From NCBI GenBank assembly GCA_021798015.1, contig JAJZYP010000001.1:1-62335 (forward strand): DNA of 62,335 bases, read 5' to 3'. The DNA comes from a bacterium. GTDB lineage: Bacteria; SZUA-79; Acidulodesulfobacterales; Acidulodesulfobacteraceae. The translations under genes were made by a program, and so were the position numbers. Below are positions 10,365 to 19,681 of the stretch, piece by piece. How positions within the stretch are numbered: position 1 is the first letter of the stretch; each line of letters begins with the position of its first letter. The notes under the pieces were generated by a model that did no database searches, had not been told where the DNA came from, and saw only the letters and a list, made by a program, of their open reading frames with translations.

Positions 10365-11939
10365 TTAAATCCGCTTTTTTAAAGATTTATTTAAAAAAAG
10401 ATACAATATTATTAGATATATTAAAGATAAAGAAAAAAGGGCCATAACAACATAAGTAAATATGTTACCATATAAAACAAAAAAAGTCTTTTTATTAATT
10501 AATTTTACATATCCTATCATAAATGTTCTTTTAAAAATATTTGTTTCTTCCAGTATCTTGCCATTCGGCGATATTATCCCGCTAATTCCTGAATTTCCAG
10601 CCCTTGCCACATACCTATCGTTTTCTACAGCCGAAAAAACGGTCATAGACATATCCTGGTACGGAGCCGCTGTTTTGCCATACCAGGCGTCGTCCGTAAT
10701 ACTAATTAAAAGATTTGCCCCGTCATTCGAAAAATTTCTTACCAATGAGTCAAAATATGCTTCGTAACAGATCATAGAGCCGGCTTTAATCTCACCGCCC
10801 TTTAAAATTCTAAACTTTTTACCCGGCGTGAAATTTCCGATACCTGTTCCTTTTAGAATATGAGCCAAAAAGGGAAACTGATGCCTTAATGGAATATATT
10901 CACCAAACGGAACAAGATGATTTTTATCGTAATAAGAATATTTTCCGGATTTGTCAAACATATAATCTCTATTGTAATAATGGTATTTTCCGTTGAAAAA
11001 CCTCACCCCTATGGCCCCGAAAATTAAATCGATATTATTTTTTTTCACAAAATTCATAACCCTGTTCCAGTAATATGGATAAAAAGATACAATGTACGGA
11101 AGCGCCGTTTCAGGCCATACAACGATTTTGGGCCTATATTTTAAAGATTTTTTAGTTAAATTTAAATAAATTCCGGTTGTCCTTTTTTTTGTAATTTTCC
11201 ATTTTTGAAACATCCCGATATTCCCCTGAATTAAAGCAACTTCTAATGGTTTTTTATCATTTAACGACGTCCTCACTGAATAAATATTATAATAGCCGTA
11301 TAATATAGCCGATATAAAAACAAATAATGTTAAAATAAGTTCAAATAATGCCTGTTTTTTGGATAATTCTTTTTTAAGAAATATAAAGTGAAACAAGGCA
11401 TAATTAATAAGAACTATTATAAAAGAAAGCCCAAATGCACCGATTATATTGGAAATTTGAATAAACGGAAGATTTAAATATTGGGAAAAACCTAAATTTT
11501 CCCACGGAAAACCTGTCAGCAGGTTTGATTTTAGAAACTCGAAAAAAACCCAGCATGACGGAATTAAAATAATGCTTAGCCTTTTATAATTATTTAATAA
11601 AATTTTGCTAAACCCTGCAAATAAAGCAATGTACAGGCTTAAATAAGCGGAAAGAAGCAAAAGGGCAAAGACAGCTATATAATATGGAAGATTGCCAAAA
11701 ACATGGACGGTATATACTATCCAGTACAATATAAAAATATAAGAAACAAGCCCCGCTATAAAACCGTAAAAAAATGATTCTTTAAAACCTTTGGATTTAT
11801 TTATTACATATAAAAGCGGGATAATGGCAAACCATGCAAGGAATTCAAGGTTAAAATTAGGGAATAAAAAGGCGATAAGCAGCCCCGATAGTACCGACAC
11901 AGAGGTCTTAATTAAAATGTCTTTGGAAATTTTTAACAT
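10365..11939 (-). CDS. lnt: Apolipoprotein N-acyltransferase Lnt
   Basis: 524 aa. A multi-TM N-terminal half is followed by a nitrilase/CN-hydrolase domain (VVWPETALP ... MICYEAYF ... ISITDDAWYG) and a C-terminal TM. Confidence 0.85.
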   Translation of the reverse strand: MLKISKDILIKTSVSVLSGLLIAFLFPNFNLEFLAWFAIIPLLYVINKSKGFKESFFYGFIAGLVSYIFILYWIVYTVHVFGNLPYYIAVFALLLLSAYLSLYIALFAGFSKILLNNYKRLSIILIPSCWVFFEFLKSNLLTGFPWENLGFSQYLNLPFIQISNIIGAFGLSFIIVLINYALFHFIFLKKELSKKQALFELILTLFVFISAILYGYYNIYSVRTSLNDKKPLEVALIQGNIGMFQKWKITKKRTTGIYLNLTKKSLKYRPKIVVWPETALPYIVSFYPYYWNRVMNFVKKNNIDLIFGAIGVRFFNGKYHYYNRDYMFDKSGKYSYYDKNHLVPFGEYIPLRHQFPFLAHILKGTGIGNFTPGKKFRILKGGEIKAGSMICYEAYFDSLVRNFSNDGANLLISITDDAWYGKTAAPYQDMSMTVFSAVENDRYVARAGNSGISGIISPNGKILEETNIFKRTFMIGYVKLINKKTFFVLYGNIFTYVVMALFSLSLIYLIILYLFLNKSLKKRI

Positions 11940-11986
11940 TATATAATATACAATTTGACTGTTTATTTTATACTAAAGATTAAATT

Positions 11987-12862
11987 TTAAAGAAACTTTT
12001 TTGATTCTTCCCATAAATCATCAATCTTTTGAGGGCTAAGTTCAGAAATTGGCGAGGGTGCCTTTTTCTCGATATAACCAAATCTTTTTATAAATTTATT
12101 AGATGATACATTTAAAGCATTGCAAGGATGAATGTCTAAAAATCTTCCTATATTTACAACCGAAAATATTATATCCCCGTATTCCTCTTTAATCTTATTT
12201 AAAACATTTTCATCTTTCGGTTTATCTTTAATTGCATTTAATTCATTTTTAAGCTCGTTAAGCTCTTCATAAATCTTATTAAAGGCATCATTAATATTGT
12301 CAAAATCAAGTCCTAATCTTTTAGCCTTTTCCTGTATCATGTTAGCCCTGTGAAGAGCGGGTAAACTTTCGGATACATACACGGAAGGGTTTTTTGTTTT
12401 TAAAGGGCTGCTAATGGCTTGTTGCTTTTCTTTTTTCTCTTCAGCCTTAATTTTTTCCCAATTTTTAAGAATAACATCGTCTAAACACTCCCCCTCTTTT
12501 AATGAAAAATTGGCATCAAAAACATGCGGATGTCTTCTAATCAATTTTTTAATTATAACATTTATTACATTATCTAACGAAAATTCTTTTTTTTCTTCAT
12601 AAATATCCGATAAGAATATAACTTGAAGAAGTAAATCGCCCAATTCTTCCATTATGTCTATCTTGTCTCCGGAACTTATCGCATCTACAACCTCGTAAGC
12701 CTCTTCTATAATATAAGGCTTCAATGTCTCTTCGGTCTGTTTTCTATCCCACGGACAGCCCTCTTTTGAACGCAATTTCTTGACTATATTTATTAATCCC
12801 TGAAACCCCGAATATTTTTCACAGTCTTCATTATTTTTTATATTTTTTTTATCAATCATCAT
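11987..12862 (-). CDS. mazG: Nucleoside triphosphate pyrophosphohydrolase MazG (tandem MazG domains)
   Basis: 291 aa. Motifs CPWDRKQT, EEAYEVVDAI, ELGDLLLQV and HPHVF, plus a second MazG-like half. Confidence 0.85.
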   Translation of the reverse strand: MMIDKKNIKNNEDCEKYSGFQGLINIVKKLRSKEGCPWDRKQTEETLKPYIIEEAYEVVDAISSGDKIDIMEELGDLLLQVIFLSDIYEEKKEFSLDNVINVIIKKLIRRHPHVFDANFSLKEGECLDDVILKNWEKIKAEEKKEKQQAISSPLKTKNPSVYVSESLPALHRANMIQEKAKRLGLDFDNINDAFNKIYEELNELKNELNAIKDKPKDENVLNKIKEEYGDIIFSVVNIGRFLDIHPCNALNVSSNKFIKRFGYIEKKAPSPISELSPQKIDDLWEESKKFL

Positions 12863-12896
12863 ATAAACCCTTGTTTAGAAAGAAAAACGGATATAT

Positions 12897-13652
12897 TTAA
12901 AAATAAAACAGTTTGAAAATTAGAGCGGTTATCAAAACACCTATTAAACTGCCGACAAAAACCTCAAGTCTTGTATGCGTGCCGCTATTTATTCGAGAAA
13001 AGGCTATAAGCAAAGCTAAAATAAATGTAAGAAGTGAAACAATAGGATTTAATGTTAAAAATGAAACTATTAGCCATATCGAAAAAGCAATAGCGGAGTG
13101 CCCGCTCGGCAGCCCGCCTCGAAGTGGCGTACCCTTATTAAACAATGCCTTTATTGCGATTATAGCAACAAAAACAAACGATATAACGACAATTGAAATA
13201 TCCGAACCCGATGTTCTCATCATATTTAAAATGTAGTATATCATATAATAAAGGTATTTTGAAAAGATTTCATAACCTACGATAAATGATCCAAAAGCCG
13301 ACAAAAGAACCGCTCCTGCCGCCAAGTTTTTTACGGCGGCCATTTTAAGAGATTTTTCTTCAGAGATATAATCGGATAGATATTCTATCGAAGTGTTAAT
13401 AGTTTCGGCAAATAAGACAAAAAATGCGGAAATAAATATCAAAAGCAGGTCAATTTTAGACAATCGCAAAAAAAGAGCGAGTAAGATTGCGCTTAAAGCG
13501 ACTATAAAATGAATCCGCATGTTCCTTTCGGTCTTTGTGGCAAGTATTATGCCTTCTATTGCCACATTTAACGACTCGGTCCATGTTTGCGGGGTATATT
13601 TTTTATCCTTATGTTTATAATCGTCTTTAATTTTAATATTACTGCTCTCCAT
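12897..13652 (-). CDS. dgkA: Fusion protein: a DgkA-type (diacylglycerol/undecaprenol) kinase domain joined to a PAP2 lipid-phosphate phosphatase domain
   Basis: 251 aa. The N-terminal half has DgkA signatures (ERNMRIH, ETINTSIEYLSDYISEE, AAVKNLAAGAVLL). The C-terminal half has the three PAP2 motifs (KALFNKGTPLRGG / PSGHS / SRINSGTHT). It occupies the dgkA slot of the phoH-pgpH-ybeY-dgkA operon. Confidence 0.7.
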   Translation of the reverse strand: MESSNIKIKDDYKHKDKKYTPQTWTESLNVAIEGIILATKTERNMRIHFIVALSAILLALFLRLSKIDLLLIFISAFFVLFAETINTSIEYLSDYISEEKSLKMAAVKNLAAGAVLLSAFGSFIVGYEIFSKYLYYMIYYILNMMRTSGSDISIVVISFVFVAIIAIKALFNKGTPLRGGLPSGHSAIAFSIWLIVSFLTLNPIVSLLTFILALLIAFSRINSGTHTRLEVFVGSLIGVLITALIFKLFYF

Positions 13653-13657
13653 AATAT

Positions 13658-14188
13658 TTAAAACTTATCGAATAATAATTTTTGCATATCCTTCATTTCT
13701 TTATCGTAAGTTTCATCGTTAATATCTAAAATATGCTCTTCATCGTGAACATATCCGAAAAGATGTAAAATTCCGTGAATTAGCAAAAGGGTTAACTCCT
13801 TGTTAAACCCGTTAATCTTATTTGAATTTGTCTTGCCGTTATTACTATTTTTAATCCATTTTTCTTTTTCCCAAAAATCTTTGTATTTTAAATAGTTTTT
13901 TTGGGCAACGGATGGGGCAATATAGATTTCTCCTATATAAAAAATATCCCCGACATATTCTTTGATTGCAAAGGATAAAACATCGGTTTTGGCATTTTTA
14001 TTTCGGTAAATTTTGTTTAATTTTTGTATATAAGCCGGGGAGCAAAAAACTATATCGATTTCGTAAGAGCCGCAAAAAAGATTCTGAATAACACTATGAA
14101 CGATATAGCGGACTGACTTTTGATTTACCCTCTGCTTTCGCTGGAGGTTCGTTATATTTATTACCTTCTTTGGCTTCATTGTCTTCAT
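13658..14188 (-). CDS. ybeY: Endoribonuclease YbeY (rRNA maturation factor)
   Basis: 176 aa with the zinc motif HGILHLFGYVHDEE. The start is uncertain: the longest ORF overlaps the upstream gene by 95 nt, and an alternative Met lies at 14179. Confidence 0.85.
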   Translation of the reverse strand: MKTMKPKKVINITNLQRKQRVNQKSVRYIVHSVIQNLFCGSYEIDIVFCSPAYIQKLNKIYRNKNAKTDVLSFAIKEYVGDIFYIGEIYIAPSVAQKNYLKYKDFWEKEKWIKNSNNGKTNSNKINGFNKELTLLLIHGILHLFGYVHDEEHILDINDETYDKEMKDMQKLLFDKF

Positions 14189-16409
14189 ATTCTAATGATC
14201 TGCCCGTATAAGGAATTCTCTGGTGAAAAATGCTATTTAACACCTTAACAAATGCATCCCCTATAATATGCAGATCTTTTAATGTCAACTCGCACTCGTC
14301 AAGTTGTCCGTCGTTATAAATTCTATTCACCGTCTTCCTGACCATTAATTCTAACCGAGATGGAGAAATATTCACCATAGTCCTTGAAATAGCCTCCACT
14401 GAATCAGCTAACATTATTATTCCGGCCTCCTTGGTTTGAGGTTTTTTTCCACTGTATCTGAATGTGTCTTTAGAAAGGCCTTCATCCTTATTCTCCATGG
14501 AAGCCTTCTCATAAAATGCTCCAATCATAGAGGTTCCATGATGTTCAATAATCGTATTTTCTATTCTGGTTCCCAACTTATATTTTTTCGCAAGCTCTTG
14601 CCCCTCTTTAACATGAGAGGCTATTATTAAACTACTCATCGTGGGGGCAAGTTTATCGTGAGGATTTTCCTGATTTGAAATATTTTCGATATAATAATTT
14701 GGTTTTATAATCTTTCCTATATCGTGATATAGACTCGAAACCCTTGTAAGCAGGGGATTTGCCCCAATGGCTGATGCGGCTGATTCCGCCAATGTAGCAA
14801 CCATTATCGAATGCTGATAAGTACCCGGAGCCACAATAGATAATTGTTTTAATAAAGGGTGATTAGTATTTGAGAGTTCTAATAGTTTAAAATCCGTTGT
14901 ATATCCAAAAATTCTTTCAAGTAAAGGTATCAGTCCGATTACCGTTATAGATGAAATAACGCCGGATGAAAATGCAAAGATAATGCTATAAATATTCTGA
15001 ATATTAACTAAGTTAAGCCTTATCAAAGCAAATGCGATAACCATACAGACATTTAAAATGCCCGTTATAATTCCCGCTTTTACTATCCTTCCCCGTGAAG
15101 AAAAATCAAAAACCTCGTAGGAGGCAATGAGGCTTCCGCCAAATGTGTAAATCATAAAAAAGATGGAGTTCTTAAAAATTATTGACGTTAAAATCGAAAA
15201 AAGAGCTATATAAACAACCGACACCTCGGAATTCAACACTACTCTAATTAGCATGGGACCAAAGGCAAAGGGTATTAAGTAATAAATATCGTTACTATTA
15301 ATAAACGGAAAATATAAAGTTAGGGCATTCGCAAAAATAATTCCCGCTTTAATGATTAAAATGGATGTTATTAAAATCGTAACGATAAAAAGAATATTCT
15401 TAAAATCAAGCGATATCCTGAACTTCCTGATATATCTGTAAGGAAAGATATAAGAAAGCGACAAAAGAATTACAACAACAAAAAAGAGACCAATTAAAGA
15501 TGGAATGTTATTTTTTAATTTAAATATCGATTCATAGGTATTTAGCTCCAGAGCCTTGGATTTAGTGATAAGCTTGCCTGCGCTTATCAGAAGGATACCT
15601 TTATCCACATGTATATAAATAAGCGGGTTTTTCTTTTTAACATCCTCTATTTTTTTTAAAGTAAGATATTTTGAATACACAATGTCAGGCTTAGTAATAC
15701 GGTAAACTAATTTATATATATCATTTTGCATATAAGACGGCAAAAAACTCAAATACTGTCTCGTATAATAATATGTGAAACCTTTGACCTTTTTAAATGT
15801 GAAAAATATCTGAGGATAGCCTATTATCTTTGAACTGTTTGTTATTACATTTCTTATCTCTATTTTTTTATCATTCGAGGGCGATTTTGACAAAACGCCC
15901 TTTTTATAAATATCTCTAACAATTTTTAAGATATAAGTTTCGATATTTTTATTATAGTTCAAGAAATAAAACTCGTTGAGGGTTGCCTTGTCTAACTTGA
16001 TGCCAAGCCTTGAAGCAAATATATTTTCTGATATATCTAAATTTTTATTATTTTTGGTATGACCCTGTTTATAAGATCTTGCAAAAGCAAAAGCCCTCCT
16101 AATCTTTCTTGAAAGCGTAACCTTGGTCTCGGGATAATATAAATAAACATCCGGCGTATTTTCAATTTTTTGTTTAAGAAGTTTATTCGTCGCCTTTACA
16201 TTAATATATCTAAAACTTTTTTTTGCTATTATTGTCCTTTTTGCAATTTCACCAGCTTTATACTTGTTCTTAATGAATTCCACTCCATTGTATAGCAAAA
16301 AGGTCAAAAGTATAGAGGATATTAAAAGTATTGCTAAAAGGGGATAATAACGGTTTTTGGCTTCTAAGGTGTTATTTTTTAGGAACTCGAGAAATTTCGT
16401 TCGTTTCAT
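14094..16409 (-). CDS. pgpH: 7TM-receptor/HD-domain phosphohydrolase, PgpH/YqfF family (cyclic-di-AMP phosphodiesterase type)
   Basis: 771 aa. It has an N-terminal TM plus extracellular domain, a 7-TM block and a C-terminal HD domain (HSIMVATLAE...LYHDIGK...EHHG). The gene order phoH-pgpH-ybeY-dgkA matches the Bacillus phoH-yqfF-yqfG-dgkA arrangement. Confidence 0.8.
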   Translation of the reverse strand: MKRTKFLEFLKNNTLEAKNRYYPLLAILLISSILLTFLLYNGVEFIKNKYKAGEIAKRTIIAKKSFRYINVKATNKLLKQKIENTPDVYLYYPETKVTLSRKIRRAFAFARSYKQGHTKNNKNLDISENIFASRLGIKLDKATLNEFYFLNYNKNIETYILKIVRDIYKKGVLSKSPSNDKKIEIRNVITNSSKIIGYPQIFFTFKKVKGFTYYYTRQYLSFLPSYMQNDIYKLVYRITKPDIVYSKYLTLKKIEDVKKKNPLIYIHVDKGILLISAGKLITKSKALELNTYESIFKLKNNIPSLIGLFFVVVILLSLSYIFPYRYIRKFRISLDFKNILFIVTILITSILIIKAGIIFANALTLYFPFINSNDIYYLIPFAFGPMLIRVVLNSEVSVVYIALFSILTSIIFKNSIFFMIYTFGGSLIASYEVFDFSSRGRIVKAGIITGILNVCMVIAFALIRLNLVNIQNIYSIIFAFSSGVISSITVIGLIPLLERIFGYTTDFKLLELSNTNHPLLKQLSIVAPGTYQHSIMVATLAESAASAIGANPLLTRVSSLYHDIGKIIKPNYYIENISNQENPHDKLAPTMSSLIIASHVKEGQELAKKYKLGTRIENTIIEHHGTSMIGAFYEKASMENKDEGLSKDTFRYSGKKPQTKEAGIIMLADSVEAISRTMVNISPSRLELMVRKTVNRIYNDGQLDECELTLKDLHIIGDAFVKVLNSIFHQRIPYTGRSLEYEDNEAKEGNKYNEPPAKAEGKSKVSPLYRS

Positions 16410-17457
16410 AGGCTTTTATTATATTTTGAACAAGTTTATGCCTCAGTATATCTGCCCTGTTAAAATAAATTACTTCAATTCCTTCAATATTGTTTAAAAT
16501 TTTGCTAGCAGTGATAAGACCGGATTCTTTATCTAACGGAAGGTCGGTTTGTGTTATATCGCCGTTTACAACAATCTTGGAACCGGAACCAATTCTTGTA
16601 AGCATCATCTTCATCTGTTCGTTTGTGGCGTTTTGCGCTTCATCCAATATTATAAAAGAGTTATTGAGCGTTCTACCCCTCATAAAAGCAATTGGCGCAA
16701 CCTCTATAATATCTGTTTCGACAAGTTTTATTGCCTTATCAAACTCGATCATCTCATATAGAGCATCATATAAAGGCCTTAAATAAGGATTAATTTTTTG
16801 GGCAATATCCCCCGGAAGAAAGCCCAGCTTTTCACCTGCCTCCACAGCAGGACGGGTTAATATTATCCTGTCAAACAATTTTTTTTGAAATAATGATACT
16901 GCGCATGCCATAGCAAGATAAGTTTTACCTGTTCCGGCAGGTCCAACACCGATAACTATATCATTTTTATAAATGGCATCCACATATTTTTTTTGATTTA
17001 TCGTTCTGGGAGTTATAACCTTTTTTCTTGGTGTTATTAAAACGGCATCATAAAGCTGGGTGCGAATATTTACTTTCGGATTTTCAACCTTCGCCCTTGC
17101 CAATCTTATCAAATCGTCATCTGGAATATCGGCTTTTATTTTATACAAATTTATGATATCGTAAATAAATGATGCACAATTATTGACATTTTCTTTCATC
17201 CCTTTAACTAACAAAACATTGCCCCTCACGGAAACATCTACCGTAAACTCGGCCTCGATAATACTAAGTATATGAGAGGATGTGCCGGAAAACTTATTAA
17301 AAAGTTCAATATCTTCTAATTCAATCTTTTTAATGCGGGGGAGGGGAGTATTCTCCTTTGCCCCCGGTTCCCTTACCATAACCGCCTGCGCCGTATCCTG
17401 CCCGGCGATTCCGCACTTAACCGGCGCCTTATGAGCTTTACTGCTAACAGTTCTCAA
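16372..17457 (-). CDS. phoH: PhoH-like ATPase (YbeZ family)
   Basis: 361 aa as tracked. Walker A GPAGTGKT, Walker B IILDEAQN, and a PhoH body. The tracked start at 17457 is a TTG. The first ATG is at 17379 (MVREPGAK...). Conserved PhoH sequence begins near IKKIELED, so the first ~26-40 codons may not be coding (see findings). Confidence 0.9.
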   Translation of the reverse strand: MRTVSSKAHKAPVKCGIAGQDTAQAVMVREPGAKENTPLPRIKKIELEDIELFNKFSGTSSHILSIIEAEFTVDVSVRGNVLLVKGMKENVNNCASFIYDIINLYKIKADIPDDDLIRLARAKVENPKVNIRTQLYDAVLITPRKKVITPRTINQKKYVDAIYKNDIVIGVGPAGTGKTYLAMACAVSLFQKKLFDRIILTRPAVEAGEKLGFLPGDIAQKINPYLRPLYDALYEMIEFDKAIKLVETDIIEVAPIAFMRGRTLNNSFIILDEAQNATNEQMKMMLTRIGSGSKIVVNGDITQTDLPLDKESGLITASKILNNIEGIEVIYFNRADILRHKLVQNIIKAYETNEISRVPKK

Positions 17458-17554
17458 ATTGTGTTTTGACGACCCCTTGGAAATATTAATATATAACTCT
17501 TAAACTCTTACTTGATTATTTGGTTTATTATTTTTATTTTAATTTTATATAAAC

Positions 17555-17582
17555 AATTATAGCATTATTAATAAAAAAGTCA
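17555..17582 (-). promoter_or_regulatory. Candidate sigma-70-type promoter (TTGACT-N16-TATAAT) upstream of the phoH operon
   Basis: The minus strand reads TTGACT (17582..17577), a 16-nt spacer and TATAAT (17560..17555), about 100 nt upstream of the phoH ORF. Chance matches are likely in DNA this AT-rich. Confidence 0.3.
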
Positions 17583-17605
17583 AAATTTAAAACAAAAATT
17601 CTTTA

Positions 17606-17974
17606 CTAACTCGATAGCACCTTTAATAAAATCCCTGATTTATAAGGTGTACCCTTTTTAAAAACATATACCTTAATTTGATAAATGCCGGGAAGGGCGG
17701 CGCTTATTATAATCTCTCTGAAACTGAATCGTTTATCATCCTTTACCGAACCCTTTTTATTTAAAGGAAATATATTACCATAAAGTTTTATATTTGACAT
17801 AATGTTTTTAGCAAAAATAATCTCTTTGTTAATTGTATTAACGGTTACGTGAGAATTTTGGGCTTCCAGTTCCGAGGCTATTAGCGGAATCAGACCTATA
17901 CTTAGAATTATAAGTGCCACCAAAACCTCAAGAAGTGTGAACCCGTTTTTATTTTGTTTTCCAAAAAAATCCAT
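17606..17974 (-). CDS. Prepilin-type N-terminal cleavage/methylation domain protein (GspI/PilV-like minor pseudopilin)
   Basis: 122 aa. The leader MDFFGKQNKNG is followed by FTLLEVLVALIILSIGL, the class III signal peptide/prepilin motif G|FTLxE. The size is typical of minor pseudopilins. Confidence 0.7.
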   Translation of the reverse strand: MDFFGKQNKNGFTLLEVLVALIILSIGLIPLIASELEAQNSHVTVNTINKEIIFAKNIMSNIKLYGNIFPLNKKGSVKDDKRFSFREIIISAALPGIYQIKVYVFKKGTPYKSGILLKVLSS

Positions 17975-18106
17975 TTATTTTACCCAACCTATTTATTTTT
18001 TCCTTTTTGTTTAACTTTACCATTTTCCGAAAAAAATTATAAAATTATAATAAGTGGAACGCATTATAGTTGTCCTGAATAGACGGTTTACAAAGTGCTT
18101 ATTTGT

Positions 18107-19669
18107 TTAAAGTAAATTATTTCTTTTTGTTAAAACTTGCTTAATCGCATAAAATGACTCATTTTTAAAGACAAACGAAATAAAAAGGTAAGATGCTACG
18201 CCTATGACAAGGGAAGCTGCCACAATCAGCAAAGAGTGATAGTTTAATTTACTACAAATAATTATTATGAACTCTACAAAAACCCCCATAATTACGCTTG
18301 CTGTTATGGTCTGTGTGAAAGACTTAAAAAAACCACTTCCTAAACCTATCCCCTTTTTTAAATAAAGCTTTCTTAAAAGGAATAGGTAGTTAAAAATTAA
18401 AGAAATACTCGAGGCTAAAGCCAATCCGTCAACCCCCATTACTTGCATAAGGATGATGGCAAGAATAATGTTTAATATCAAAGAATATACGGCTGCATTA
18501 ACAGGCGTCTTTGTATCCTTCATAGAATAAAAAACCGGGATAACCGTTCTTAAGAGAGCGGACGCCCACAAACCTATAATAAAAAAAAGCAGAACAGATG
18601 CTGTTTTTTGCGCATCCATCAGGTTAAAAACCCCATGCATATAGATTAACCTTACAAGATGATTTCTTAATAGGATCAACCCGATACTTGAAGGAACTAT
18701 TATAAAAAACATAAGGGATGTTGAAAAATTAAATGCATTATCGACTTCTTTAACATCTTTCCTTGCAAAAGAGGCTGATAGAGCCGGAAAAATAGCCGTT
18801 TGCAATGCTATTGCAAATACCCCAAGCGGAAATTGATAAAGTCTATCCCCGTAATAAAGGTATGATATACTTCCGGAAGACAGAAACGATGCAAGAAGTG
18901 TATCGAATAGCAAATTAAGTTGTATTACAGCCATCCCGAGAAGAGATGGGGTAAGTAATTTAAAAACGGTTTTTACATCGCTATTTTTTAAATTAAATCT
19001 AAATCTTAGCCTTATTTTTTTTCGCCTAATATAATAAACTTGTGATAAAACCTGTAAAACGCCGCCAATCATCACCCCAATGGCAAGCGCATATATGCCC
19101 TCATGAAAAAACGGCCTTAGAAATATTGCGGAGATTATGAACAAAACATTTAAGATTATGGGATACATTGCGCCCGGAGCATAAGAGCCATGAACATTTA
19201 AAACCCCGGCAAAAAATGCGGTAAGCCCTATTAAAAATATATAAGGAAACATCATCCTTGTAAGAAATAAGGTAAGATGAAACTCGGCCGGCTTATTCAG
19301 AAAACCGGGGGCGGTTATAGCGACAAATACAAAAGAAAACAAAACACCGATAACCGATAAAAATAAAAGAATAAAAAAAAGAATGGTGAAAACGGTCATC
19401 AAAAGGTCTTGGGAATCCTTCGTCCTTTTTTTGACTAAGCTTTCCGAATAAACAGGAATAAAGGATGCCGAAAGCCCCCCCTCTCCAAAAAGCCTCCTGA
19501 ATAAATTTGGTATTCTGAATGCGACAAAAAACGCATCGGTAGCAACCCCCGCGCCAAAAAAATATGCAATACAAATATCCCTTAATAAACCTAAAATTCT
19601 GCTTATTAAAGTAAAAAACGATACGACCGATAAATTCCTGACTATCTCATGATTTTTGGACTCTGACAT
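18107..19669 (-). CDS. murJ: Lipid II flippase MurJ (MviN)
   Basis: 520 aa, about 14 TM segments. The N-terminus SRILGLLRDICIAYFFGAGVATDAFFVAFRIPNLFRRLFGEG is highly characteristic of MurJ. Confidence 0.9.
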   Translation of the reverse strand: MSESKNHEIVRNLSVVSFFTLISRILGLLRDICIAYFFGAGVATDAFFVAFRIPNLFRRLFGEGGLSASFIPVYSESLVKKRTKDSQDLLMTVFTILFFILLFLSVIGVLFSFVFVAITAPGFLNKPAEFHLTLFLTRMMFPYIFLIGLTAFFAGVLNVHGSYAPGAMYPIILNVLFIISAIFLRPFFHEGIYALAIGVMIGGVLQVLSQVYYIRRKKIRLRFRFNLKNSDVKTVFKLLTPSLLGMAVIQLNLLFDTLLASFLSSGSISYLYYGDRLYQFPLGVFAIALQTAIFPALSASFARKDVKEVDNAFNFSTSLMFFIIVPSSIGLILLRNHLVRLIYMHGVFNLMDAQKTASVLLFFIIGLWASALLRTVIPVFYSMKDTKTPVNAAVYSLILNIILAIILMQVMGVDGLALASSISLIFNYLFLLRKLYLKKGIGLGSGFFKSFTQTITASVIMGVFVEFIIIICSKLNYHSLLIVAASLVIGVASYLFISFVFKNESFYAIKQVLTKRNNLL

Positions 19670-19681
19670 TAATTGTGTCGT

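Noticed and set aside
17335-17457. Specific assignment of the GC-rich phoH leader to the ydaO-type c-di-AMP riboswitch class
   Set aside because: Only short segments resemble remembered conserved blocks. The second pseudo-symmetric half (GGGGU.AAUC ... CCGACAGCUAAC-type elements) is not visible. The observation is kept as a finding, but without a class call.
19293-19574. A 93-aa minus-strand ORF inside murJ in another frame
   Set aside because: It overlaps the highly conserved MurJ N-terminus (RDICIAYFFGAG...DAFFVAFRIPN) out of frame. It is Cys/Phe/Arg-rich nonsense sequence.
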